Below, piece by piece: positions 1-8,626 of a stretch of DNA of 64,000 nt (position 1 is the stretch's first letter; each line of letters begins with the position of its first letter). Both the position numbers and the translations under genes were made by a program. A model generated the notes under the pieces. That model saw only the letters and a list, made by a program, of their open reading frames with translations. It was not told the origin of the DNA and searched no databases. The stretch spans positions 19,172 to 83,171 of the forward strand of contig CAYXUD010000042.1 of assembly GCA_964467775.1 (NCBI GenBank), in the 5' to 3' direction. Source of the DNA: an uncultured Bacteroides sp. (GTDB lineage Bacteria; Bacteroidota; Bacteroidia; Bacteroidales; GCA-2748055).

Positions 1-830
1 AACCAGAGTCCCCCGTTGCTGTCCTCGGCAATGGAGATCACATCGTTGTGTACGAGTCCCGAATCGGTTGAAAAAAGCCCCCAGTTGGCTTTGGCATAAT
101 AACCACTATGCGTCTCCACTCCCGCATCGGTCCCGAAATACTGCCTGTCCACACCTGTGACCATCACGCTCCGGATATTTCCGGACCACGGGGTCATCCC
201 GTATTCACTGGTCCACCTGGTAGCCCCGCTTACACCGTCCACCCCCGATACAAACCGGCCGATGCCCCCGTCCTGGGCAATATAGAGTGTGTCATTGAAC
301 ATATCCATCCGCCGAACCGGGCTGTTGCACATATACTCTTTATTCTGCCCGTAGGTCAGTTGATCCATCACCCCGTCGTGAAACCAGGTGATCCCCCCGG
401 CCGAACCAAAGAACTTTCCCTGGCGTGAATCAATGGCGATGTCCGCCACATCATCATCCAGCAGGCCGTCACCCGTGGTATAGCCTGTTGATTCGGTAAC
501 CCCGTTCACATCAACCTCCAGCAATGAAACGCCCTGAGTGGTGGCCACCCACAGACCCGGGCCCGAAGCGCTCTGTTCGAAGGCCAGCGCATTCACCTGG
601 TTTCCCACCAGGTGGTCCGCATCGGTATAGTATCGCCAGCTGAGTCCGGTATAACGGCACAAACCCCTGTTGGTCCCGAACCACTTCACCCCGTCGCTGT
701 CCACATAGACCGCCTTCACCACGAAGACGCCCCCGCTGGCCGGTTCCATGGTCCGGGAATCCTGGTTGCGGGCTGAGATGACAAGCCCCATCAGCAGGCA
801 GAACATCAATATGAAGCGGATCAGCCTCAT
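1..830 (-). CDS. Secreted beta-propeller repeat protein (two-component-regulator-propeller / Reg_prop-like repeats), 5'-complete but 3'-truncated by the window edge. It could be the periplasmic sensor end of a hybrid two-component system or a stand-alone propeller protein.
   Basis: Not in the supplied track because there is no stop inside the window. Translating the minus strand from ATG 830-828 gives MRLIRFILMFCLLMGLVISARNQDSRTMEP (signal-peptide-like). This is followed by repeated units VKAVYVDSDGVKWFGTNRGLCRY, GLWVATTQGVSLLEV, DIAIDSRQGKFFGSAGGITWF and DTLYIAQDGGIGRFV, open to position 1. The ATG shares one base with the TGA of the upstream gene (TGATG). Confidence 0.55.
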   Translation of the reverse strand, partial: MRLIRFILMFCLLMGLVISARNQDSRTMEPASGGVFVVKAVYVDSDGVKWFGTNRGLCRYTGLSWRYYTDADHLVGNQVNALAFEQSASGPGLWVATTQGVSLLEVDVNGVTESTGYTTGDGLLDDDVADIAIDSRQGKFFGSAGGITWFHDGVMDQLTYGQNKEYMCNSPVRRMDMFNDTLYIAQDGGIGRFVSGVDGVSGATRWTSEYGMTPWSGNIRSVMVTGVDRQYFGTDAGVETHSGYYAKANWGLFSTDSGLVHNDVISIAEDSNGGLW

Positions 831-3800
831 CAATGCTTGTTGAGAATAGTGGTATGGGTTTCAGCTCCGGCTTCAACCTTCAGGACATAATAACCACGCG
901 GCTCGCTACGCAGGTCGATGGTCAGGCTCCCCCTTCCTCCGGTAAGCCGGCCTGAGGCATGGGTCATCACACTCATCCCGGCCATGTTGTACACCTGGAC
1001 CATGTAAGGTCCGGTATAACCCGATTCCAGGAGAACATCGAGGGAGAGCAGGCCGGTGAACGGATTCGGATAGCAGTTCAGCTGCGCGGATGTTCCCCTT
1101 TCAGGGATCCCGACAATACTGGCGGTGATCTTAAAGGCGGCACTGGCCTCAAACTCCCCGTCAGAAGCAACCACGGTCACATCGACCTCCCCTGAAAATT
1201 CAGCGGAGGCATTGACCTTTAATTCGTTACCGGTAACTATAAAGGTGAGGTTCGCCTCGTCACATTCCACCGTGTAGGTGAGCAGGTCACCATCAGGATC
1301 ATTGAAAACATTCAAGAGGTTGTCATGGACCACCAGGTCGGTGTTCAGCTGGGTCACCTCGAAATCGGAAATGGACCCGGTCACCTCCACCGCGTGGTTG
1401 ATATCCTCTCCTTCTTTGATCAGCCGCACCCGGCCATACCCATCGGCGTTCATCCAGTGATCGTTGTACTCTTCTTCGGGAACCCAGACGGATCCGAAGA
1501 AATTATCCCTGGCTGTTCCGGGTGTATCGTTGTCACAGTAGGCCAGGCTCATTCCCATCTCCTTTCCGTTTGTCAGAACGACCCTGGATGCCTCGGGATT
1601 TGCATCGTCATAGGTGTCATTGAAAACCTTCATGGAGAATTCGTAGAGGTATTTGTTGCCCGATCTCTTCATGGTCAGTTCCGGGATGTGACCGGCGTAA
1701 TCCATGATCACAGCCGGCCAGTCGGTTCCGTCGATGTCACAGGCGTGGAACGCTGATGACGTTTCTCCGTCGGCCGGTGCATCCACCGCAATGTGGTAGG
1801 AGAACGCGTTCTCGCTGTTCTGCCCCAGGGTGGGATTGTCGTCAAAAACGTGCAACCCGCCTGACATGTCCTCATCCAGGAAAACCTCCACTATATCAAA
1901 ATCGGGATAATCACCGTCGGGATAAACATATCCGTCAACGAAAGCATCGTCAGTGATCTCCACCAGGAAATAGACCAGGTTCTCCGGTTCAGACCAGCTC
2001 ACCTTGAACCGGCCGAAATAGTCGGAAGAGTCGATCTCCTCACCCCAGATGATCCAGGTCTCATCGATATAATACCACTGTGCTGTATCCCAGCAATCAT
2101 CGGCTGCATCCCCGTCGATCAGGGGCACGGTTCCGGCCTCAAGGGCCGAGACGGTTGTCTTGACCAGCGATTTGTCCGCCACCAGCTCGATCCCGTAGTC
2201 ATAACCCAGGTTCCTGGAATACTGTTTGTCCACCTCGTTGTTCCAGTGCTCGTGCACGCCCATGCTGCCCATGGGGGTTCCGTCCCCCTCCGGGTCGTAG
2301 GTGAACCCCTCGGGCCAGTTCCTGGAATCCGCAGCCTGGTGCAGGTGGTCATCCACCCCGCCATACCAGGGACGGTCCTTCCCAATGGCGTGAGGGTCAT
2401 TGAATTCTGTCCTCAGGAGGTCAAAGCAGACCGACTCCAGCGCCACGGCATCCTGGGCACCAAGGATCGAGTTCGGCCAGTCCCCGTTAAAGGGGGCTGA
2501 GTCCCACTTCACCGGTTTTTCCGTGGCCTCCGGTCCGCCCCACAACCCTTCAATAATGAAAAGAACAGTATTTCCTCCCAGCTTTTCATGCCCCATAATA
2601 TCGGTCAGCGCCCTGTACATACCGTATTCAGTTCTGATGGGCTGGTCATTTTCAGGTGCGACCAGTCCCGGATGAAGGTGGGTTGCCCCGTCACGTGTGT
2701 GTGTCCCGAAGTGGTTCTTGGCCGTCAGGGTCACCCCGGCCCTGGCATGTGCCTTCAGGGCAGCCACGTTGATCAGGTAATCGGCGTTATCCGTGACATC
2801 GTAAAGGTAATCGAAACCGGCCTGGCCCATCACTTCCCCTTTGTCAGACCAGACAATGGCCGGCTCTGCTGCTTCATAGATCCTGGTCCTTCCCAGGTCA
2901 CTGTGCGACTTGTCCACGTAGTTCACGTCGGGGAATAGTGCCACCATCTGTTCATACACATCCTGAAATATATGGGCAATGGGGTCGCCCACATAGATCT
3001 CCTGCTGCGGGATCCCAAAATCGTTCACCAGCTGGTCCAGCACACTGATCATCATGGCGGGGCTGGTTTCGGCAATACCGTAATTGCCTAAATTCCAGGG
3101 ATTTGTTTGCCTGGTCAGGTCATTGTTGGTAAGCCAGCCCCCCACACCCATGTTCATCTTGATAAAGATCGTCTGGCCCTCCTCATAGGAGACCTCTCCC
3201 CGGCCCTTCCTCTTGTTGAAATCGACAAAGAGCCTCTCCCATGCAGTGCTCACGTCATAGGTACCGGTCAGCTTCATCACCACGTTGGCCAACATCTCAT
3301 CGATCACATCCTGGTCGGAGTTCTTGGCCAAAAAGTAACCGTCCTCGCCCCGGACCGGGTCGTCAAAAGTGTTGGTGCAGTTCTCATCGGTGGCATCGGG
3401 ATTCCATTCCCAGACCACCCTGCCCGGGAAAATGCCCCGCTCCTCCCCCATGGGCTGGTTGGCCGGAAAATCGGACGGATCCGCTTTGGCCTCAGCGGCC
3501 ACGGCCTTTTCCGGGAACAGGTTTGATGAAAAGGCAAAAAGCACCAGCGCACCCACAAAGGCCGCTGCGGCCATGATGTACCGGGCCCTCCGGAAGAACT
3601 GGCGGGAACGCTTGAAAAGCATGGCCGATCCGGTGACGGAGAGCAGGTAGATGACAAAGCCGGACATGAAAGGCGCGGCTGCCCGCATGCAGGGATAGCC
3701 CGCACGGGATGGCTTGGGGATCACCCTGACCAGGAACCACAGGGTGGATGCGATCCCTATGATGAAAAATATAACCTTGTAGGGAACCTTGAAGCTCCTT

Positions 3801-3853
3801 AACCGGTTGTACAGCTTCTGAAATCTCCCGGGAATGTTTCTTTCTCTACTCAT
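830..3853 (-). CDS. Multidomain DUF362-like protein with a CBM9-like domain, an Ig/cadherin-like domain and a T9SS type-A C-terminal sorting domain
   Basis: 1007-aa ORF with ATG at 3853. The N-terminus has three hydrophobic segments plus IPKPSRAGYPCMRAAAPF. DUF362-like blocks: IFIKMNMGVGGW, ETSPAMMISVLDQLV, EIYVGDP, LINVAALKAHARAGVTLTAKNHFG. CBM9-like block: DGDAADDCWDTAQWYYIDETW...FKVSWSEPENLVYFLVEITDDAFVDGY. Ig-like block: FNDPDGDLLTYTVECDE...VDVTVVASDGEF. C-terminus: NCYPNPFTGLLSLDV...GYYVLKVEAGAETHTTILNKH. Confidence 0.6.
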   Translation of the reverse strand: MSRERNIPGRFQKLYNRLRSFKVPYKVIFFIIGIASTLWFLVRVIPKPSRAGYPCMRAAAPFMSGFVIYLLSVTGSAMLFKRSRQFFRRARYIMAAAAFVGALVLFAFSSNLFPEKAVAAEAKADPSDFPANQPMGEERGIFPGRVVWEWNPDATDENCTNTFDDPVRGEDGYFLAKNSDQDVIDEMLANVVMKLTGTYDVSTAWERLFVDFNKRKGRGEVSYEEGQTIFIKMNMGVGGWLTNNDLTRQTNPWNLGNYGIAETSPAMMISVLDQLVNDFGIPQQEIYVGDPIAHIFQDVYEQMVALFPDVNYVDKSHSDLGRTRIYEAAEPAIVWSDKGEVMGQAGFDYLYDVTDNADYLINVAALKAHARAGVTLTAKNHFGTHTRDGATHLHPGLVAPENDQPIRTEYGMYRALTDIMGHEKLGGNTVLFIIEGLWGGPEATEKPVKWDSAPFNGDWPNSILGAQDAVALESVCFDLLRTEFNDPHAIGKDRPWYGGVDDHLHQAADSRNWPEGFTYDPEGDGTPMGSMGVHEHWNNEVDKQYSRNLGYDYGIELVADKSLVKTTVSALEAGTVPLIDGDAADDCWDTAQWYYIDETWIIWGEEIDSSDYFGRFKVSWSEPENLVYFLVEITDDAFVDGYVYPDGDYPDFDIVEVFLDEDMSGGLHVFDDNPTLGQNSENAFSYHIAVDAPADGETSSAFHACDIDGTDWPAVIMDYAGHIPELTMKRSGNKYLYEFSMKVFNDTYDDANPEASRVVLTNGKEMGMSLAYCDNDTPGTARDNFFGSVWVPEEEYNDHWMNADGYGRVRLIKEGEDINHAVEVTGSISDFEVTQLNTDLVVHDNLLNVFNDPDGDLLTYTVECDEANLTFIVTGNELKVNASAEFSGEVDVTVVASDGEFEASAAFKITASIVGIPERGTSAQLNCYPNPFTGLLSLDVLLESGYTGPYMVQVYNMAGMSVMTHASGRLTGGRGSLTIDLRSEPRGYYVLKVEAGAETHTTILNKH

Positions 3854-3894
3854 GATATCTGATCTATTTAGGTTTCGTTAAAATGTTCCATGGC

Positions 3895-5727
3895 TCAATT
3901 CCCGGGGCTGAACACCATTTCATACAATCTTGGGTCAGATCCAGGATTTGTTGAAGTGCAGGTGAGTGTAAAATTAGTGATTCCTTTTGATAATGGGATA
4001 TCCTTGATATGAACAGGCGGGGACCCGGCTTCCAGCTCAAAGGCAAAGGATTCGCCCGGGAATACGAGGTCAAATTTTGTGGGGCGATCCCCTGCCATCT
4101 GGTATTTAATCTCCATGTCATATGTTCCTGCTTCATCCACCATGATCCGGTATAAAGCACTCTCTCCGGGCTGGCTGAATCCGGTGATATAGTTGAACGC
4201 ACTCTTTACACCGTTGCTGGTACACTGAGGGCCGTAGGCCAGCACAGGGTAGGTTGCACCCGGATCCGGACCGACCAGGAAAAGCGGCATTTCAAATGCA
4301 TGTTCACTTGCAAACAGGTCATGATGCCATCTCTTTAAAGAAGCCTTCATCGCCTCATATTCCGCTGGATGGTTTCCGATCACGTTGGTCTTTTCTTCCG
4401 GATCAACTCTGATCTCCACCAGTAGATACCCGGATTGGTCAGTTGCAATGGTGCCATCCGAGGGCCCCGGGTTCAGAAGCAGCTTGTATTGCTCACCCCT
4501 TAACCCAATGATCTGTTTTTCATAGGAAAGGTTGTCTCCCCCTGCACATTTCCAGGGCCGGTATTCATCCTTCACGCCCTCGGGTGTCCAGGGCTGGTCA
4601 GTGGGAGGCCAGCCCGGATTGGCATAAAGGAAGAGCTCTTTGCCCGGCATCGCATCGCGGCCGGACTCCAGGTAAGGGATAAGGCTTCTTCCATCCAGAA
4701 CAACCTGAGCGGGAGAAATCTCCTCTCCTGCCAGTTCAAGCAGCGTGGGGAAGAGATCGGTCACATCGGCCAGATGCTCCACCTTTGCCGGTGAGAGCCG
4801 TCCAGCCCAGCGTATAAAAAGGGGCGACCTGATCCCGTTCTCCCAGATATCTCCCTTATATCCCCGCAGGCCGTTCACATTCCGTATCCTGCGGTCCTCA
4901 TCGGTGAGCAGTCCATTGTTAATGGCCGGGCCATTATCGCTCAGGAACAGGACGATGGTTCGGTCTGAAAGCTCAAGGTCGTCCAGGCAATCCAGCAGCC
5001 GGCCCAGGTGAAAATCGAGATGGTCAACCATGCCGTACAGCGTGGCCAGGTTTTCGGAAAGCCCTTTTTCAACATATTTCTCAATGTATGGTGGCGGGGC
5101 TTTCAAAGGGGCATGGCATGTCAGGTAGGGCAGGTAGGCAAAGAACGGCTGTTCCCTGTTACGTCTTATGAAATCGATGGCATAGTCTGTGATCACCTCT
5201 GTGATCCAGCCTTCTGTCTCCACCACGTTTCCGTTGCAGAGTCCCGCATTATCCTGGTATTGATAAAGTCCGGCCATAAATGCTTCATCAAAACCGCGTT
5301 CCCAGGGGAAATAACCTGGGGTTTTGCCCGAGTGCCATTTCCCCCACATCCCGGTGGCATACCCTGCCTGTTTCAGTATGTCAGCCAGGATGATCTCATC
5401 CAGGTGCAGGAAATCCTTGCCCCCGTGCACATGGGAGACCCCGGTCCTCAGGAAATGCCTTCCCGTGAGCAGCGACGCCCGGGTGGTGGCACAGACAGGA
5501 GTCACATAGAACTGGCTGAATTGTAAGGATCCAGCTGCCAGCCGGTCCAGGTTAGGGGTCTCCACGATGCTGTTCCCGTGGATGCCCAGGTCGCTGTAAC
5601 CCAGGTCATCGGCCATGATCAGCACGATGTTGGGCCGGGATCCGGAAAGGGAGGTTTTATCCCCTGCACATCCCGCCACCAGTACAACAGCATACAGCCC
5701 CGCCAGCACCTTGACGACCCTCTTCAT
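3895..5727 (-). CDS. S1-family (formylglycine-dependent, Cys-type) sulfatase, lipoprotein
   Basis: 610-aa ORF with ATG at 5727. Signal plus lipobox: LVAGCAGD. Sulfatase N-terminal blocks: PNIVLIMADDLGYSDLG and TPVCATTRASLLTGR. Also LFLSDNGP and a long C-terminal beta-rich extension. Confidence 0.88.
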   Translation of the reverse strand: MKRVVKVLAGLYAVVLVAGCAGDKTSLSGSRPNIVLIMADDLGYSDLGIHGNSIVETPNLDRLAAGSLQFSQFYVTPVCATTRASLLTGRHFLRTGVSHVHGGKDFLHLDEIILADILKQAGYATGMWGKWHSGKTPGYFPWERGFDEAFMAGLYQYQDNAGLCNGNVVETEGWITEVITDYAIDFIRRNREQPFFAYLPYLTCHAPLKAPPPYIEKYVEKGLSENLATLYGMVDHLDFHLGRLLDCLDDLELSDRTIVLFLSDNGPAINNGLLTDEDRRIRNVNGLRGYKGDIWENGIRSPLFIRWAGRLSPAKVEHLADVTDLFPTLLELAGEEISPAQVVLDGRSLIPYLESGRDAMPGKELFLYANPGWPPTDQPWTPEGVKDEYRPWKCAGGDNLSYEKQIIGLRGEQYKLLLNPGPSDGTIATDQSGYLLVEIRVDPEEKTNVIGNHPAEYEAMKASLKRWHHDLFASEHAFEMPLFLVGPDPGATYPVLAYGPQCTSNGVKSAFNYITGFSQPGESALYRIMVDEAGTYDMEIKYQMAGDRPTKFDLVFPGESFAFELEAGSPPVHIKDIPLSKGITNFTLTCTSTNPGSDPRLYEMVFSPGN

Positions 5728-5788
5728 TGGAACCCGCTTGTTTGGTACAAAATTGCCAAAATGAGCAGGCAGGCGGGTTCACTAGCTG

Positions 5789-8626
5789 CTAAAAAGAGTT
5801 TTCTATTTTCACATTCACATCCAGCGTGTATGTCGCAAGCCTTCCCCGGGGCTGAACCGTGTATTCCACTCCCCCGGGAACCGTGAGTTCCATTTCAAGC
5901 CGGTTCCCGATAATCCGCCACTCCACGTGCACCATCCCCGCAGGATGCGGAACACTGCCCCTGGCCCATGAAAGGGCCTCTGACTGCGGGCTGATCTCGA
6001 TCCGGTCACGGTTCAGTTCAGGGTTGAAGCCCAGCTTCACCCCAAGCACCTCGGTGGAGAGGAAGAAGGTGGGATGCCCGCTCCATGCATGACTGGCGGT
6101 CCCCTGTCCCCCGCTCTCCTCATCCTTGATATCAAAGTTCTCCCAGGAGGTATCGTCCCCCTGGTGGATCATGCGGGACCAGTACCGGAGCATGAATTGC
6201 TCGGCCAGGTCAGCCCTTCCCTCCTTGTATAGCGCGGCAAAAAGATAGAAACTCCCGTAGGGAGAGATCTTCCGGTTCCGGGTCTCCTCCCCGATCTCCT
6301 GAAGCTCGGTTTCCAGAAATGCCAGGATCGGTGATTTCTGCTCCTCAGGGCAAAGGTCGAAGAGAAGGGGGAAGGCGCTCGAAATGGGGTAATGGTGATC
6401 AATGGCATCCCCGTCCCGGAACCCGTCATGGTATGCCTGCTTTCCGGGATCCCAGTAGAGGCTTGAAACCAGCTTTCCCAGCCGGTCTGCTTCCCCGGCA
6501 TAGCGCTCCGCCTCATCCCCGTGGCCCAGCTCCGCTGCAAGAGATGACATGATATGGAAGCTCCTGGCCACCAGGGCCTGGTAGGCTGTCAGGTCGGCAT
6601 CCCTGTTGATCCTGGTCCATTCGATAAACACCCTCCGGGTGGGGTAACAGCCCATTTCATTCCTCCGGGCCATGATGTGCTGCATCAGGGAGTGGTAATT
6701 CGGGTATAGCTGCTCCAGGAACTCCCTGTCCCCCGTCACCTGGTAATACCAGTCAAGAAGGAGCAGGGTCTTCAATACAAAGTCGTTGAGCCCCTCCTCC
6801 TTCCCTTCAACCATGTTCTCCCGGTAGATCTCCTGGAACAGCATCAGGGAACGTTTCATCAGGCGCGAATCCCCTGAAGTGGCCAGGGTGATCGCATACT
6901 CCGGAACCGCATCACCCGCATAAAGCCCTCTCTCCCGGAAGGGAGTATCGATATAGGAGTCTTCCGAGCAGACCCTGAGGGTCCGCCATCCCATCTCCCA
7001 GATCCTGTCGAGCATCGGATTGGAACAGGAAAAACTGCCCTTCTTCCGGTGGGGATAGAGCTGTTCGACCATTCCCACCCTCTTCAGCCTGCACGGATCT
7101 GGCCCTGGATCGATCCTAACCAGCAGATACCTCACCCCGTAAGGTTTGAAGGTCTCGTAACGGCGCGATCCCCCGGAGGCAATAAACCTGGCAGCGGCAT
7201 TTACCTGCAGGCGTTTGTAGAGAAAGGGCATCCCCAGTGAATCAAGGTCCTCCGACCAGGCAATATCCACCAGGGTTCCCTCTTTTGCTTCCAGTTCACA
7301 GAAGATCCTTCCAAGTCTTTTGCCGCCCATGTCGAACACCAGCATCAGGGGTTCCCCGATCGAAAAACCGGAGACCTGGAAATCATTGTTCTTCAGGTTG
7401 TGCTGCAGGTCGGGTCTTCTCCAGACAAGGTCACGGGCCGGGTTGGGACCAGCAGACAGGTTCTCCCTTGGCACCCAGTGGAACTTCTTGTTTTTCATTA
7501 TATCACGGTCATCCCCCGGGTCATCCTCCACGGGATCGAACACCCCTGCTTCTCTTGGAAAGGGCCCTGCGGTCAGCACAAAAGGCCCCTTGCGGCCGGC
7601 CCTGTCCGGCGAAAACAGCAGTCCGGCCTCACGGGGGACTGCCATGTAAAAATCCCATCCGCCCCAGATGGCTACATAACTCACAAAGAGGAAATTCCAT
7701 CCCTTTTTCAGCGCAAAGATCCTGTTCTCCCTTACCGGGTTCCCCGGCTCCCTGCCCGAAACCCGGATGGGTCCCTCACCGTTCAGGTAGTAATCACCCC
7801 ACCACAGGCCCAGCGTCACATCCTGCTCTGCCGGGGAGTAGATATAGGTGCAGGCATACACCTGTTTCCCTGCATTGTACTGCGCTGCTGTCCGGTCCGG
7901 CGTCTTGATAAAGAAGGTATAGACCTCCTCCTCATGGCGCTCCCTGTAGATCCCGGTCAGCCGGAAAGGCAGCAGTTCATCCTGCGTCAAATGCGGGATG
8001 GTCCTTGGGGTCAGTTCTCCCCAGTAGTCCTGGTCCCCGTGGAGTACCGGCTTTCCCCATCCGCTGTCATCGAAATCCGGCCGGTTCCAATCCGCAGGCT
8101 GCTTCGTGCCGTCAAAGAGCTCCATGGGCCCGCATGCAAATGAGAACCGCAACGCCTCATGGTCGTACGCATCTGACACAAACATCCTCCACTCCCCGGG
8201 GGTGGCCAGGGGGACCGGCCCATGCCCGGTCTCCACCTCCCCCCATGCGATGAACCCGCCCACGCTCAGCGGCACCTGGAAGGTCACCGTACCGTTGGTG
8301 AGCACCTCCACGGCCACCACGTTCCTTCCCGGCACCAGGAAGCGTGAAATGTCATAACTGTCGTACTCCGGATGGGCCGGGTAGAAGCGGGACGGACCGA
8401 AGTTGATGTGGGTACCGTTCACGTAGAGGTGGTAACGGGAATCAGCAAAAAGATGGATAGCTGCCCTCCCGGGGGCCTCCTCCAGATTGAAGCTCCTCCT
8501 GAAAAGGAGGGTTTGCTGGCGGCCGCTTCCTTCCGGATCCTTCCAGACGAATTTTGCGGTGCGCTCCTGGGCGAATCCCGAAAACGCCAGGATCAGGGAG
8601 CCCAGCATCAAGGCTGTTCTATTCAT
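5789..8626 (-). CDS. Divergent GH78-like (alpha-L-rhamnosidase-related) six-hairpin glycoside hydrolase
   Basis: The track ORF runs to 8692. I place the start at ATG 8626, giving MNRTALMLGSLILAFSGFAQ (signal peptide). IDTPFRERGLYAGDAVPEY parallels the GH78 block CPQRDERLGWTGDAQVF seen in the canonical copy at 39886-42615. DDTSWENFD...TASHAWSGHPTFFLSTEVLGV parallels TTIWERWD...SFNHYAYGAIGKWLYQVVAG. The start overlaps the upstream sulfatase stop by 8 nt (ATGAATAG). Confidence 0.6.
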   Translation of the reverse strand: MNRTALMLGSLILAFSGFAQERTAKFVWKDPEGSGRQQTLLFRRSFNLEEAPGRAAIHLFADSRYHLYVNGTHINFGPSRFYPAHPEYDSYDISRFLVPGRNVVAVEVLTNGTVTFQVPLSVGGFIAWGEVETGHGPVPLATPGEWRMFVSDAYDHEALRFSFACGPMELFDGTKQPADWNRPDFDDSGWGKPVLHGDQDYWGELTPRTIPHLTQDELLPFRLTGIYRERHEEEVYTFFIKTPDRTAAQYNAGKQVYACTYIYSPAEQDVTLGLWWGDYYLNGEGPIRVSGREPGNPVRENRIFALKKGWNFLFVSYVAIWGGWDFYMAVPREAGLLFSPDRAGRKGPFVLTAGPFPREAGVFDPVEDDPGDDRDIMKNKKFHWVPRENLSAGPNPARDLVWRRPDLQHNLKNNDFQVSGFSIGEPLMLVFDMGGKRLGRIFCELEAKEGTLVDIAWSEDLDSLGMPFLYKRLQVNAAARFIASGGSRRYETFKPYGVRYLLVRIDPGPDPCRLKRVGMVEQLYPHRKKGSFSCSNPMLDRIWEMGWRTLRVCSEDSYIDTPFRERGLYAGDAVPEYAITLATSGDSRLMKRSLMLFQEIYRENMVEGKEEGLNDFVLKTLLLLDWYYQVTGDREFLEQLYPNYHSLMQHIMARRNEMGCYPTRRVFIEWTRINRDADLTAYQALVARSFHIMSSLAAELGHGDEAERYAGEADRLGKLVSSLYWDPGKQAYHDGFRDGDAIDHHYPISSAFPLLFDLCPEEQKSPILAFLETELQEIGEETRNRKISPYGSFYLFAALYKEGRADLAEQFMLRYWSRMIHQGDDTSWENFDIKDEESGGQGTASHAWSGHPTFFLSTEVLGVKLGFNPELNRDRIEISPQSEALSWARGSVPHPAGMVHVEWRIIGNRLEMELTVPGGVEYTVQPRGRLATYTLDVNVKIENSF

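Noticed and set aside
108-876. Track ORFs 108-428 (+) and 511-876 (-) at the left edge
   Set aside because: A different minus-strand frame, starting at ATG 830 and open to position 1, gives a signal peptide and coherent propeller repeats. The two listed ORFs have no features and conflict with that frame.
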